Shown here: piece by piece, positions 28,401 to 43,121 of the stretch | Numbering within the stretch: the first letter of the stretch is position 1 | Layout of the letters: every line of letters starts with the position of its first letter | Assembly: GCF_009914755.1 (NCBI RefSeq) | Contig: NC_060942.1 | Reading direction: 5' to 3' (one strand) | Length of the DNA: 64,000 nt | Source: the human T2T-CHM13v2.0 reference genome, Homo sapiens | The notes under the pieces: model-generated | Seen by the model: the letters and a program-made list of their open reading frames with translations, nothing else | Database searches by the model: none | What the model was told of the DNA's origin: nothing | Position numbers and translations under genes: made by a program

Positions 28401-28859
28401 TGTAAATAATAAAAAAGTTAATAGAATCTTTTAAATCAAATTTTCAATCAATTTTTTATTAAACATTTCAGCTAACTATTGTCAGTCAGGAAAATTAATT
28501 TTAAAAATATTAATTTACATTGTTGCTGCTACTATTTCTTATTTAATTAAGAATGGTCACAGAAAATCATCTTGCAGTCACTACAGATAGATGTAAAAGT
28601 GCTGTCTCCAACCCCACTTCTCCAGCAGCCTCCAGTTGTGACCACCTCACTTGTATGAGGTTCAACAAACTTTGAATCTCTCAAACAAACTTCACTAAAT
28701 GGAGTGCTCATAATCACTATGTCTGAAAAAAAATTAGAATATCATTAAACAATAGTAGTCATAGTTAGAAAGGAAAACTATCACTTCTTAGTAGTTAACA
28801 AAGAAAAAAATTACAATCACCCCGAAGTATATATCCCCTGAATAAGAAGGAAAATGATA

Positions 28860-28980
28860 GCTAGGTGCCTGCAGTCCCAGCGACTTGGGAGAATAACTTT
28901 AGCTTAGGCATTTGAGGCTGTAGATGGTTACCAGACCTCAGCCTGGGCAATATAGTGAGACCTTGTATTATAAAATATAA
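28860..28980 (+). mobile_element. Degraded Alu monomer (FAM/FRAM/FLAM-like)
   Basis: 'gcctgcagtcccagcgacttgggag...cagcctgggcaatatagtgagacc'. Confidence 0.7.
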
Positions 28981-28995
28981 ACACATAAGAAATAA

Positions 28996-29317
<322 letters not shown>

Positions 29318-30433
29318 ACTTATTCTATTCTTATTAAGGTTATCTGTATGCTGAGATATCATTTATTGGAGAACTGCAAGTATTGACCATGAAGAGCTGC
29401 AAATTTGGAGCCCCTTATGCTGAAATAGGATCACATTCCCATGAGCAGCCAACGCTGTCTGTGAATACACCTGGATCCGCATCACTTTGAATGGATTATT
29501 ATCCACACTGCAGAGAAGAAACAACAGTGTGGGACTGATCAAATCTTTGTTTTCTCTCTAATTGGATATAGAAGCTGTACTCGTTCTCACTCCTTTGAAA
29601 TATAATGGCCTAGATTTCCTGGAAACTTGTGTGAAACAATGGAAATCAAGAAGGTTAAAGGCCTGTGACAAGAAGGACTTGAGTGTGTGAACAATTATTT
29701 ATGGAAAAACAATGAATGAGACCCATTTGTGTCATATCCTAAAGCTTTTCATAACATGTGCTGAAGTGTGATACTTTAGGAACATTATAAGAAATACCCA
29801 ATTCTCATTTTTCCTTGGAGCAGGCAGGAGTGTAGGAAGGGATATATTGAAAAACATTCACATTACACATACAAGCTTCTTTATTCAGATCAGTAACTGT
29901 AGCTACTGATTTACACTGCATTGTTCCTCTTTTGGTGTTATTCAGATTTCATAATTTTTTTGCAAGTAACTCTAAACCCAATTATGTGCAATATGTGTCA
30001 TAATCTGTATCTTATGTGTTTGGATATATTTTGAACCTATTAAATTTTGACTTCTCTGAGTATCATGAAGAGTGCAATATTAATCATTTTATCTCCAGTA
30101 ATGCAAAGCAGAAGCTTTAGATTTGATTAATTTTTATTACAAAATATGTGGCTACTCTTGATTTTTATTTCTGCTTCAATTTTAGTAGAACTTTGGCAGG
30201 GTTGAACTCTCTAATTTCATGACAGAGTTGGCTATGCCCATGTGCCAGAATGAAAGTGTTTGCACTTCTTCTAAGAAGGTAGAACCTCCTATCTAATATC
30301 AGCATTATTCTGTTATTACGTGTTCATGTTAAAATGGGGAGAGATATGATGCTTTTGTGTGTGCGTGTGTGTTTGTGTCTATGTTTGCATATATATGTCA
30401 ATATATATACATACACATAAGCATAAATAGAGA

Positions 30434-31833
30434 CAGGCTACAGTAACCAAAACAGCATGATACTGGTACCAAAACAGAGATATAGACCAATTGAACAGAA
30501 CAGAGCCCTCATAAATAATGCTGCATATCTACAACTATCTGATCTTTGACAAACTTGACAAAAACAAGAAATGGGGAAAGGATTCCCTGTTTAATAAATG
30601 GTGCTGGGAAAACTGGCTAGCCATATGTAGAAAGCTGAAACTGGATCTCTTCCTTACACCTTATACAAAAATTAATTCAAGATGGATTAAAGACTTACAT
30701 GTTAGACCTAAAACCGTAAAAACCCTAGAAGAAAACCTAGGCAATACAATTCAGGACATAGGCATGGGCAAAGACTTCATGTCTAAAACACCAAAAGCAA
30801 TGGCAACAAAAGCCAAAATTGACAAATGGGATCTAATTAAACTGAAGGGCTTCTGCACAGCTAAAGAAACTACCATCAGAGTGAACAGGCAACCTACAGA
30901 ATGGGAGAAATTTTTTGCAATCTACTCATCTGACAAAGGGCTAATATCCAGAATCGACAATGAACTCAAACAAATTTACAAGAAAAAAGCAACCCTATCA
31001 ACAAGTGGGCGAAAGATAGGAACAGATACTTCTCAAAAGAAGACATTTATGCAGCCAAAAGACACATGAAAAAATGCTCACCATCACTGGCCATCAGAGA
31101 AATGCAAATCAAAACCACAACGAGATACCATCTCACACCAGTTAGAATGGCAATCATTAAAAAGTCAGAACACAACAGGTGCTGGAGAGGATGTGGAGAA
31201 ATAGGAACACTTTTACACTGTTGGTGGGACTGTAAACTAGTTCAACCATTGTGGAAGTCAGTGTGGTGATTCCTCAGGGATCTAGAACTAGAAATACCAT
31301 TTGACCCAGCCATCCCATTACCGGGTATATACCCAAAGGATTATAAATCATGCTGCTATAAAGACACATGCACACGTATGTTTATTGCGGCACTATTCAC
31401 AATAGCAAAGACTTGGAACCAACCCAAATGTCCAACAATGATAGATTGGATTAAGAAAATGTGGCACATATACACCATAGAATACTATGCAGCCATAAAA
31501 AATGATGAGTTCATGTCCTTTGTAGGGACATGGATGAAGCTGGAAACCATCATTCTCAGCAAACTATCACAAGGACAAAAAACCAAACACTGCATGTTCT
31601 CACTCATAGGTGGGAACTGAACAATGAGAACACATGGACACAGGAAGGGGAATATCACACACTGGGGCCTGTTGTGGGGTCGGGGGAGGGGGGAGGGACA
31701 GCATTAGGAGATATACCTAATGTTAAATGACAAGTTAATCGGTGCAGCACACCAACATGGCACATGTATACATATGTAACTAACCTGCACATTGTGAACA
31801 TGTACCCTAAAACTTAAAGTATAATAAAAAAAA
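30434..31833 (+). mobile_element. 5'-truncated L1PA (ORF2 C-terminus plus 3' UTR and poly(A))
   Basis: ORF2 peptides YNYLIFDK...[51 protein letters not shown] and MFIAALFTIAKTWNQPKCP; frameshift near 30990; ends 'aaaacttaaagtataataaaaaaaa'. Confidence 0.97.
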
Positions 31834-32908
31834 GAAAAATATAAAAGCTGAAGAAAATGTATACAATATTTTGCCTTTTGCCTTAAATAGTTATAAATAA
31901 TTAAAAATTATTGTGATTCTCTGGTAATGGTAGTGTCTACATAATGCCAAAATGATATGGAGTATATTTCCTCTCACATTAACAAATGTGCAAAGTGTTA
32001 GATTTCTTTCATGACACGTTCTGTTGAAAACTATCTCTTAACAATACATCTCCTTCTGTCACATAGTAAGACCATTTCAACTTTTTACTTCTAATGTTTG
32101 ACCTTGCTTAATGGTTGTTTTTAATGAAGTAGCAACATTTTTAACCCAGGATGGGTGGTAAATTTTTGCAACAGCAAGTAGATAAACCATACCCAGCTGA
32201 AGGTGTAATTGTGAAATGGTGACATAATGCGTTCAGGGTAAGTGTTTATGTGATGCAGCTCAAAAAGGAGCAGATTTGAATTTGACTCTTAGTAAAGTTA
32301 TGAATGATAAATAAATCTTCAGATATTCACTTTGAATATCTAATTGGTCAAGTCAAAGAGTTACTGTATTTTCCAAGTATTAGTTTTCTCCCATGTGTTT
32401 ATTTGATGTTCTATATACTCTTGCTCTGTACCAAAACCTCCTGACTTTTCTGTAGAAATTGCTGCTATTCTACATTCTTTTTCTGTTGCAGAAGGGTAGA
32501 AATAAGGCAGATTAATGTGTTCATTAATTTGTTCAACAGTTAGTAAAATAGTAGAAAACAGTAGTGCTTACATGGAGTTTATAAGTCTACTGGGGTGAGA
32601 GAGAAACCATAAACAAAGTAAATAGTTATAAAATATATCAAATGGTGATAAGGCGTACAAAGAAAATAACGCAGGTTAAATATAAGATGTGATACAACTG
32701 GAAAGAAGGAAAAAAATCTATGTTTGTATAGCAAAGTCATAAAAATTTTCAAAATTGATTTGAAATGGAGAAGTCAATTGTGAACACATTTGCTTTGCTT
32801 GATTTTTTTGATGTGATAATTATTTCCTACAGTTTCTTTATCTAAGAGGAAAAAGCTTGAATTCAGTTACAAGAAAAAAATATAGAAGAAACTGGCTTAT
32901 GAGATTAG

Positions 32909-33208
<300 letters not shown>

Positions 33209-33254
33209 GAGATTAGCTGATTTTAGTATGAACGCCATCACTCTAAGCAGCTGA

Positions 33255-35010
33255 CATAATAGAATGGTGAGATGGCCTATTGAAAACTCAGTGGCAGCAC
33301 CTGATGTTGATAGAAACTTGCTCAGAGCTGTCTGCTAAGGTGAAGTATAAGTTTTCACTTTGTGACTCATATATAGTGCCATCTTTTCTATAAGAACACT
33401 TGACTCTGGAAATCAAACAATGGAAGAGAGGGCATAACTCTTTTCATTATAGTAAACCCTCACTTCTCATTTGCAAAATTTTTCTTTTATCTTTGGGATT
33501 TGTGGGTCTAGATGTCATAGTAATCACAGGATAAATGCTTCTGTCAGGGGATCCAAAATAGTTGAATGGCACCTGAGGCTAGGACTGCTAAACTGGCCAC
33601 TTTGGGCTCCACATTACTGTGCTATCAGAAGTAAAGATGTGAGAGATGACCGTACAAACTGGGATGACTGATTGTGATTATCTGGAAAAATAATGTTCGT
33701 GTTTTGAGAGTATCTGTAAGCCAAGGTATTCACTTGATTCCTATGAGCATTGGTAAATATTACTAAAAGACAATAGCAAACCAATTTAGATAGAACCACG
33801 GATGACTTCTTCTATTCAGGAGCAGGAGTTTGGAGTCAATGTGCCAGAAAATGAAGTGCTGTCAGCTGAGGAGCTTGCTGAAACCAAAGGAAACATTGCA
33901 TAGGGAAGGAAGTAATACAGACCAGCTATTGCCATAAGAACAGTTATAAAGATGAGAACTGCAGAACTATAGAAATACATGTGTATATTCAATTTCTCTC
34001 TTTAAACTCACACATATATACATCTACATATACACATATTGATGGATTGATAGATTGATGATAAGGTATTTAAGAAACTTCGTAATCTTTGTATTTTAAC
34101 CAGCGTTTCTAATAGCCTTCCTCTACTCTTCTATAAAGCACTGCTGGTGATTAAATGTATAGCACCATCTTTAAGTTGCTGGATATCTGAAAGACATCTT
34201 GTAAATGAGATGGAAGAAAATGAAGAGTACTCAATGAAGGGTACAGTGACTTATGAGAGTGCAACCTTTGCTTTTTGAGAGGGAGTCTTGCTCTATAGCC
34301 CAGGCTGTTGTGCAGTGGCAATATCTGGGCTCACTGCAACCTCCGCCTCCCAGGTTCAAGCAATTCTTGTGCCTCAGCTTCTTGAGTAGCTGGGACTACA
34401 GGTGTGCCTCACCACTCCCTGTTAATTTTTGTATTCTTAGTAGAGATGGAGTTTCTCCATGATGACCAGGCTGGTGTTAAACTCCTGACCTGAGGTGATC
34501 TGCTTGCCTCGGCCTCCCAAAGTGCTGGGAATATAGGCATGAGCCCCTGCTCTTGGCCAACCTTTGCTTTTTGAAGAAAACTTACATCATATTTGCCAGA
34601 AACAAAATGCAGTTTTTAATGGTTCAGTAGCTGAAATTTTGTTAAAAGTTCATATACAGATGCTGAATTGACAAAGGAATGAATTGCGCTGGGCTTTTTG
34701 TGGTTACCCAAGCCTGTCTGACACCCCTATTTACAGTCTCCTTGGATGGCCGAGGAGAATCTAGGAAGAATCTTTCTCAGTATCTGATTTATAGCATAGG
34801 TCCAGATAAGATTCTGCCAATGAGAGGGTTTCACATGAGATTTAGAAAACGGAAGAAACAGAGAAGTTATCATTATCTGAACTCATTTGGAAGCACCACC
34901 AAGCTTGCACATAGCAAGTCACTCACACCGGCTTTGATGCTGCAAGATGTTAAGGGAGGTTCCATCAAACCACCACCACCCCATCCCCAGCACTAACTAA
35001 AATTCTACAG
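33255..35010 (+). mobile_element. Ancient ERVL-class provirus 3' part: integrase C-terminus/dUTPase-like remnant, PPT near 34670, probable LTR after about 34686
   Basis: Remnant peptides DGLLKTQ, SGNQ, GLDVIV, MLLSGD, GHFGL and GMTDCDY are colinear with recalled ERVL WNGLLK..GSRNQG..GLEVLV..MLPPGD..GHFGLL..GVIDPDY. 'gatgctgaattgacaaaggaatgaattg' resembles the ERVL int 3' end. Confidence 0.65.
34272..34558 (-). mobile_element. AluS-like with almost no A-tail
   Basis: Reverse Alu; TSD aacctttgctttttga at 34263-34278 and 34559-34574. Confidence 0.93.
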
Positions 35011-37809
35011 TTTCACAAAAGCAACTTAGTAAGTGTCTAAAATAGTGAGCTCCTATTTATAATATTGTCCTTTGTTTTCATTCAAAGGCATTCTAATAGT
35101 GTGTAATAAGTCTCCAATTATCTGCCTTCAAACAGTGTCCACTTGGAATACTCACGGTGGTTTTCATTTTCCTTACCAAATCTCAGCTGAACCATCTGCA
35201 AAGAGCATTCCAGGCAGAGGAAAATGCTACCCACACCACCCCACTGAGGGAGAATGCATCAGTTAAGGTCCTGTCTCATTTTCCTTTCACTTGGCCTTAA
35301 ATGAACTTCAAGTATCACAGCTTCTTTGAAGGTATTCAATAACATATTTCCTCAGGCAGAGTACCTAAAGGATATTTGCTGGATTATAACAGTGGAAACT
35401 GTAGAATAATTCTATACTTCATATAAAATAGTTCTGTTTTAGCCAACCCAGGTGCCTGCAATATCAGAACCATTTTCTATGACATAAGTAAGCTACTTCT
35501 CATGTCTCAGTGTGATGACCAAGCCTCTTGAATCGAGTTAATACATGACTTCTTTTAGACTTAAATGAGCCAACTGGACTGAAATGTTGTAGTTTTGTAA
35601 AATGACAACATGAGCATATTTATCAGTGTTCTGAGTAGATAAACTGTGCTTATTGGATTGTTCCAGCAGACTAACCACTACTCTGATTGCATTAAAAAAG
35701 GCACTTATTGTCATGATAGCCAATGGGATTGTTTGTCAGTATCTGAATTCCAACCTAAATAATTGTTGTGTTAAAGGAAATTTCTTGATTTAAAATGGAA
35801 GATACCCAGAAACACTCCTTAGTCATATTATTGTAAATAATTTCAATAAGTTTGTTACTGGTGTTGTCAATTGTGGATGAATAGATATTGAAGGCATCTA
35901 CATAGCAAATTACTGAATTAATATGCAGAATGTTACTTCCGAACTCTCTATAGGCTTTAGAAAAATGAACACATCAGCAGAATCCAAGTGGTAGTTAATA
36001 GGTTTACCTCAGTGTCAGGGAGTTCAGAATTCATAAGATTATGTGTCCTTGTCTATAATTAGTGTAGATCTTACTTATTGTTCATTCGTTATGATGTGGG
36101 AGCCATCTAAAATATGCTGTCTTATTGAATGTAATGTTTGTTTTATAATGATTGTGTGTAAAAAATTCTGCTTTTAGACTCACCAGGGATCCAGTACAAA
36201 GTAGTTAAAATGTTACTGAACTTAAGCATTAAAGGCTTTATCTGATAAAGAAAATAAAAGATAATTCCTAACAATCAACATTCTCCCTACGAATTAATGC
36301 ATCTGACATAGCTCACTCTTGTAAATATATTAATTGAATTTGAAGCCATTGAGTACCAGAAAGATTCTAATTTATATCCTAGAGTTGGTTTGCTCAGACT
36401 AGAGCTCCCAAGAGGATGATACTCAGGAGGGAAGAGATGGTTCTAGGCCCAATTACAAGAAATAAACCTAAAACATGTCCGTGCTGTTGGAAATTTTGAC
36501 CTACAATTGTAGTCCAGTTTTCAAATATGTGCTTTTACTAGAATGATTATATCATTTCTTTATTAACTGTTTGACAGTAAATACTGTTTTTGAGATACTT
36601 CTAGTGTCTAATGACACAATATTCTCATCTGTCTACAATTGCCCAATCCTATTTTCTACTACTGCTTACAGGCAGTCTATACTCAAAACAATGAATTACT
36701 ACATGAAAGATTGGATTTCCCATATCCTTAGTTATGCTCATTTTGCTCCCGATACTGACAATAGCTTTTTCTGTTTAATTTCTTCATATTGAACTTCACT
36801 CATCTCTTAGTGAAGTAAATATAGCTGTAGAGTTCAAAAATTAGAATTTCTTCAAATATACTCTATCTTAATGGTAATCATTAAATTTCATTAATGTATA
36901 GTTTTGAATTATATTGATACATAATGTTTTCATATCACCTGCTACCCTTCCCTCCCTGTCCATTCTTTCTACATAAAGAGCTTTGCTCTTACTAACAGAA
37001 TGACTAGGTATCAACAACTACAGGATATGTTTGTGGTCAATCATGTCTGCCATTACTTATCTGAATACACACATACAACAGTTATATACATCAAGAAGTA
37101 TAAATAGGGGTACATAATTTGTATTAAATATAAATACATATTACTTATATAATAAAAATTATATACAAAATATATATAATATTAAATACAGATAAGATTT
37201 GCCAAAGAGTTAAATTTGACTCCATATATTATGTATATGTCATTGCCTAATTGGCTAGAAGAGAATTAATACAGCTCATGTAGCCCTTTGCTCTATATTA
37301 ATTTCAAAGTACTGTGGAACCACTAGTAGCAAAGTTGTGTTATATACTTCTTATGCTCCGATATATTTGTTCCTTTGTGTGAAACTTTATTTTATGGTTG
37401 AATGTGCTACAGTTGTATTTTATAATTTATATCTATTAAAGTTCCATGTGTTTATTATTTTGATGTTTCACTCTAATCAAACCTTTATTTTGTAGTAACT
37501 TACCTATTTTACAAAAATAATGTTTAAACTATTAAATTTTAAAGCTATTAAGCTTATTATTTTGGATTGTTTTAAAATAAAACATTCCATAGCTATTATG
37601 AATATGGAATTTATTAATGACTGGTAAATTCTTTAAAATAGAATTTAAGAAATTCTGAGAAAGAAAACTGTTATGTATAAATTTATACTTTTGTCATCAA
37701 TGGCTAATTGTTACCTTTTTCTATGAATATGAGTTAAATTAGCTAATCAGAAAAATCAATAATCTGAATATAATAATGTATAAGAATTCAATCCCAATTA
37801 ATACACCAA

Positions 37810-38070
37810 TTCAATTATTTATTTAAGAAAATATTGAGTGCTATATGCCAAGAATGTGCTAGTAACCAGGAAGACAAAGTCAAAAAAATGTCAATTAATT
37901 GATCCTGAATGGTTAAGAAAGGCAGACAAATCAACTAACAATACAGCACAGTGTCTAGTGAGAGCACATTTCATACTTGAGCAGGACCACCTGAGACTGA
38001 CTTTGAGATCAGGATGGAAAAATACCATGCCAAAAAAGGAGACTGAAATTACGTTAGCTAGCCAAGGAAG
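37810..38070 (-). mobile_element. L2 3' fragment
   Basis: 'aaatattgagtgctatatgccaagaatgtgctag' resembles the L2 3' end. Confidence 0.55.
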
Positions 38071-39859
38071 GGTTAAGGATATTAAGGTTGATTTTATCAA
38101 ACTTAAAAGAAGATATATTAAATTTGTTTGTATTCAGCAAAGAGAAAAAAGTAAACACAATAAATTAACATTTAATAAAAAAAAAACTTCTCTTAGTTTG
38201 GCATCCCCCTCTATATTGCTGAGTGTGACTGAAATGTTACCTCCAAAAATTATCTCTCTGTTGATGGATAAGGTTGATTTAAGTAACCTGACTAGCTAGA
38301 CAGCTCTAGAGAGTTGAATCTGTGTGCTATTTATTACATATTTTTAACTATCAGAGTGTAGGGGATTTGTAAAAAGAGTGTCATATTTTTATTTTTAGTA
38401 ATTCTATATTCTCGAATACATGGTCTTTCTGCAAAGTCTAGATTGTTTTAAGATTAGTTGAACCCTAAGGGCAGTGCATATTTTTATTTGATCGTGGATT
38501 AGGAAAAATGTGGATAAAGTTTTGCAGCTTGTTCAAAACTCTATCCAATGTATCGATGAAGAAAATATTCCAAAGGAGAAAAAAGTAATGTCACTAAAGT
38601 GTTTGTATTTTTTTAAGCTGCTTTTATTGGTTTGTATCTCTTCATAAAGAAATGGCTCCCAGTTGGATTCCTTTAAGATTGAATGCTAGAAGGTCTTTCT
38701 TGGAATTAATGCAAAGTCTCTGTTTAGAAGATAATATGTCTGATAAGTCAAGTTGATTCCAAAAAAAGAATATATTCTCGTTACAGCTCAATGACCCACC
38801 CTCAAGCACTGGTTAGCAAATAGTCCATTGAAGCAAACAATGACCCAGTTCCATGCAGAAACAACTTACTGCTGTACTGAGGGAGGAAAGCAGAGAAACC
38901 TTATTCCTTCATATTACCCAGAGACTTCTGATAAACTAATAAACTAATTAGAATTTCGTGGAGTTTTTATTTTAAGTGTTTTCCTCGTAGCTAGGCTTAC
39001 TGTTTTATAAATCCTGCTTGTTCTCTATCCCCAGATTCATTAGACTCTGAGATGCTCAGACTAAAAAATGCAGAAAATCTTGGGAAGAATATAAGTTTTC
39101 TGTATTTAGCTATTTTTAAACTTCATGTTTTGCACACTGAACTGATATTAAACTAAGAAGAATGCAGGTGAGAACACTTCTTTTTAATATATGCTAATGA
39201 GTGCAGTTTGGCCCAAAATGTGCTGCTGTTTCTATATAACACTTTGTTACTGCTGGGAAGATTTTCTCCTAAGTGGTTCTATAGTTAATTATTATCCCCT
39301 TCATACCTTCATTTGGATTCTATACTACCATTAACCACCTTTTCAGGCTTCCAGTACCTAGCAAACTAGTTCGTAGTTTTATTACCTGCAGTGAAAAGAT
39401 TTAGAAAAGAAATTAAGGACCATTTTTTCCCAGATTTGATTTTCATGCCTTGGAAAACATTTCAGAGAACATTAGAATTTCTAATATCTTGTTATATTAC
39501 CTTGAAAATTGGAATTTAAAATAAAAGCCAAGAGTTTGAACTAAATAGAAAGAGTGAATATAATCTAAAAACGCAATGATAATTGGTCCAATCTCCATGA
39601 ATTTGAAATGAATGAACAGAAATTTTCAACATGAAAGTTATTAAAATAACTTTTAGTTATGGAACCTGAGGGTAGTGGTAAGTATTGGCTTTATCTATTG
39701 TTGGACTTAAACTAAATCTCTAAAGCCAAAAAAAAAAAAAGTTTATTTTCAGCTGTTTTATACTATACCTTGTTTTTTGCATAGTGTTGCAATAAAACTA
39801 GGAATAAATTATGCCAACAGAATCTATGCATGGAATTCCTTATAATTGTCTCTGAAGAA

Positions 39860-40000
39860 GTTGTGGCATGGTGAATCTGTCAGCCAATAGACCAATTTCT
39901 AAACTTCCTTCATAAGATAACTTTACAAGTTTTGTGACCTCGCGAGGAAACTGAAGCTCTTTTGACCCCTAGTTTCTCCTGTAGTAAATGAGGAGAGAAG
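39860..40000 (+). mobile_element. MIR fragment
   Basis: 'tgtgacctcgcgagga...cctagtttctcctgtagtaaatgagga' resembles the MIR core. Confidence 0.55.
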
Positions 40001-40707
40001 AAAGACAAGAGGACTGTGGGTGAAGGGAAGACTTTCAAGTATTGATATTTCATGATTAGGTACAAACCGTGAATCTTGTGTTTAATTTTTTTCTATTACA
40101 TTTTTGTGTGATTGGTGTCTTCTTCAGCTAGCAGGATGCCTGCTATATATTGCCGTCTAGAAGGAAAACTGAATATTGAAGAATTTTGTGTCTCCTGGGG
40201 GAACATTGAAATGTTATTTGCCATTAAAACGCAACGTTACGCTACTCATGAGCACAGTGTGTCTGTTCCACGATAGGGAACAGAACTCTGGCAAAGTCTG
40301 TAGTAATGAATCTCTACCTACACATTCCTTATTATAATTTGCACAAAGAGCTTGTTTCAAGATTGGACAGGGACAATGTAAGTTCTCACTCAAGATTAAT
40401 TAAAAAGCTCAACCCAGGATATATGGATCAAATAGTTTATTATTTAAAGGATATCTTCCAGATGTTCATATGTTGCTAGAGATTGGTTATATGCAGGAAA
40501 TAAGTCATAAGTGTTTGTAAAAGTAGTAATAGTCTAGCTGGCTGGAGAGAAAGACAGAAAACATAAGTGTAAGTTGGTATGATATATGGAATCGTAGAAT
40601 CATACATAGTGTAAAGCAGCAGTATGGCTAAGCAAAAGTAAAAGCTTCCAAAAAGTCCAAGTAATATTTTTCTCTCAGGTAATCAAATGTTTGGAAGAGC
40701 TGTGACG

Positions 40708-41642
40708 AAAGACAAAAAATAACGAGTACTGTTGAGGATGCAGAGAAAAGGGAACTCATACACTATTGGTGAAAATGTAAAAATTCACAGATGCTGGGAG
40801 AAGTAAGGTTTCTGGTTTAGTGAAAAAGGAGTGTATTACTCAAGGCAAAAAAAGTTAGCCTGAGCAGAGTATTTGTGTCAGTTTCTCTTGCACCAAAATC
40901 CCACAAGGGCAATGCAGAATGGTTTCAATGAATGCCCTCACACAAAGTACATCCATTATGGAAAGCAGTGAGGTTTCTCAGAAAACTAAAAATAGAACTA
41001 CATACAATCCAGCAATCCCATTACTGGATATTTATCCAAAGAATGGAAGTCAGTCTGTCAAAAGGATACCTGCACCTCTATGTTAATTGCAGCACTATTC
41101 ACGATAGGCAAGATATGGAATCAACCTAAGGGTCCATCACAGACAAACGGATAAAGAAAATATGGTAGGTATACACAATGGAATCTTATTCATCCATAAA
41201 AAGAATTAAATCCTATCATTTGCAACAAAATAGGTGGTACCGATGGTCATTATGTTAAGTGAAAGAAGCCAGTCACAGAACAACAAATATTACATGTTTT
41301 CACTCTATGTCTGGGCTAAAAATGTTGATCTCATAGAGGTGGAGAGTAGGATAATAGTTATCAGAATCTGGGAAGAATAAGGGTGGGGAATGAAGAGAGA
41401 CTGGTTAATGGGTGCAAATACACAGTTAGAAAGAAGAGATAAATTCCAATGTTCCATAGCACAATTAATGACAATTCATTGTGTATTTCAAAATAGCTAG
41501 AAAAGAAATCATAAATGTTTGAGGTGATGGACATCCTAAATGCCTTGCTGTGACCATTACACATTGTGTGTATACATCAAGATACATGTAACCCAGAAAT
41601 TTGTACAATTAATATGTATCCATTTTTTAAAAAAATTAAAAC
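40708..41642 (+). mobile_element. L1MA 3' end, interrupted by a templated 164-bp insert
   Basis: 'gaggatgcagagaaaagggaactcatacac', 'gatatggaatcaacctaag', 'aaatgttgatctcatagagg'; A-rich end. Confidence 0.88.
40784..40947 (+). repeat. 164-bp direct copy of 41697-41860
   Basis: Manual alignment gives 8 mismatches and no indels. Confidence 0.97.
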
Positions 41643-42144
41643 TGTGAAGGTCTGAGATTTTACCCTACCTACAATCTAACAAGTTAACATGCCAGCTTCA
41701 CAGATGCTGGGAGAAGTAAGGTTTCTGGTTTAGGGAAAAATGAATGTATTACTGAAGGCAAAAAAAGTTAGCCTGAGCAGAATATTTGTGTCAGTTTCTC
41801 TTGCACCAAAATCCCACGAGGGCAATGTGGAATGGTTTCAATGAATGCCCTCACACAAAGCAAGGTGAGCTTTGGAAGAGAAACCTTGAGCATAGGGAAC
41901 CTGAATCTATAATAATATGCAATAAGCATGTCTGCCCTTAGCTCCAGAGGTAAACACTGTCTCTAACTTCCCGGGCTACAGGCGGCCAGCCTACCCTTTA
42001 CCCTGATGGGAAACACTACCTCTCTCTTCCATGGCTGCTTCCTACATGATGTTCCTGAAAAGATCGTTTGGAACAAAGGCAGTAGGTGGCTGTTCTAAGA
42101 CTTGTAGAAATGGTTAGAGACCCACAGAAATTTGTCTTTCAACA
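41643..42144 (-). mobile_element. Old ERV solo LTR, family unassigned; strand inferred
   Basis: TG(tgaaggtctgagattttaccctac)...(tgtctttcaa)CA termini, about 500 bp, LTR-like motifs. Confidence 0.7.
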
Positions 42145-42487
42145 AGTTGTAGGGACTTCATGTTCAGCAATTCAGAAGCAGACCTGGACCAGAATGGTGC
42201 ATTTTAAGTACGTCATGATCTGTATGTTGCAAAATAGAGAATCTTAGATGGCTCTAAGGTGAAAGAAAAAAAGAAATTTTATTTTGGTTCAGGAAAATGG
42301 CATGACACAATTCAATAGCTATGTGCATTGAAGGTAGAATTTTCATAATAAATTTCATTCTTTTCTGTTGAAATGAAGGTAAACTACAAGAATACTATTA
42401 AATTGTAGGCTTAAAATTTGAAATATAAAAGTAGCAATAAGTAGCTAATATAGATTATTTATATAGGCATCATATTGAGACATATGA

Positions 42488-42793
42488 TTTTCTTTCTTTA
42501 TTTTTTTTTCTTTGAGACTGGAGTCTTGCTCTGTTGCCCAGGCTGGAGAGCAGTGGCACAATCTCAGCTCACTGCAACCTCCGCCTCCTGGATCAAGCGA
42601 TCCTTCTGTCCCAGCATCCCAAGAAGCTGGGATTACAGGCATGTGCCACGATGCCCAGCTAATTTTTTGTATTTTAGTAGAGACTGGGTTTCACCATGTT
42701 GGCCAGGATGGTCTCAATCTCCTGACCTCATGATCCACCTGCTTTGGCCTCCCAAAGTGCTGGGATTACAGGCGTGAGCCACGGCCCCAAGCC
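42488..42793 (-). mobile_element. Alu with an Sc-like left arm and J-like right arm
   Basis: Reverse Alu dimer; 'caggatggtctcaatctcctgacctcatgatcc'. Confidence 0.92.
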
Positions 42794-42797
42794 TACT

Positions 42798-43121
<324 letters not shown>

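Noticed and set aside
30518-31620. L1 ORF2 ORFs as an active element or gene
   Set aside because: 5'-truncated 1.4-kb copy without promoter, EN or RT, and with a frameshift and stop.
37838-38299. 153-aa ORF
   Set aside because: Non-ATG start, overlaps an L2 remnant, no recognisable homology.
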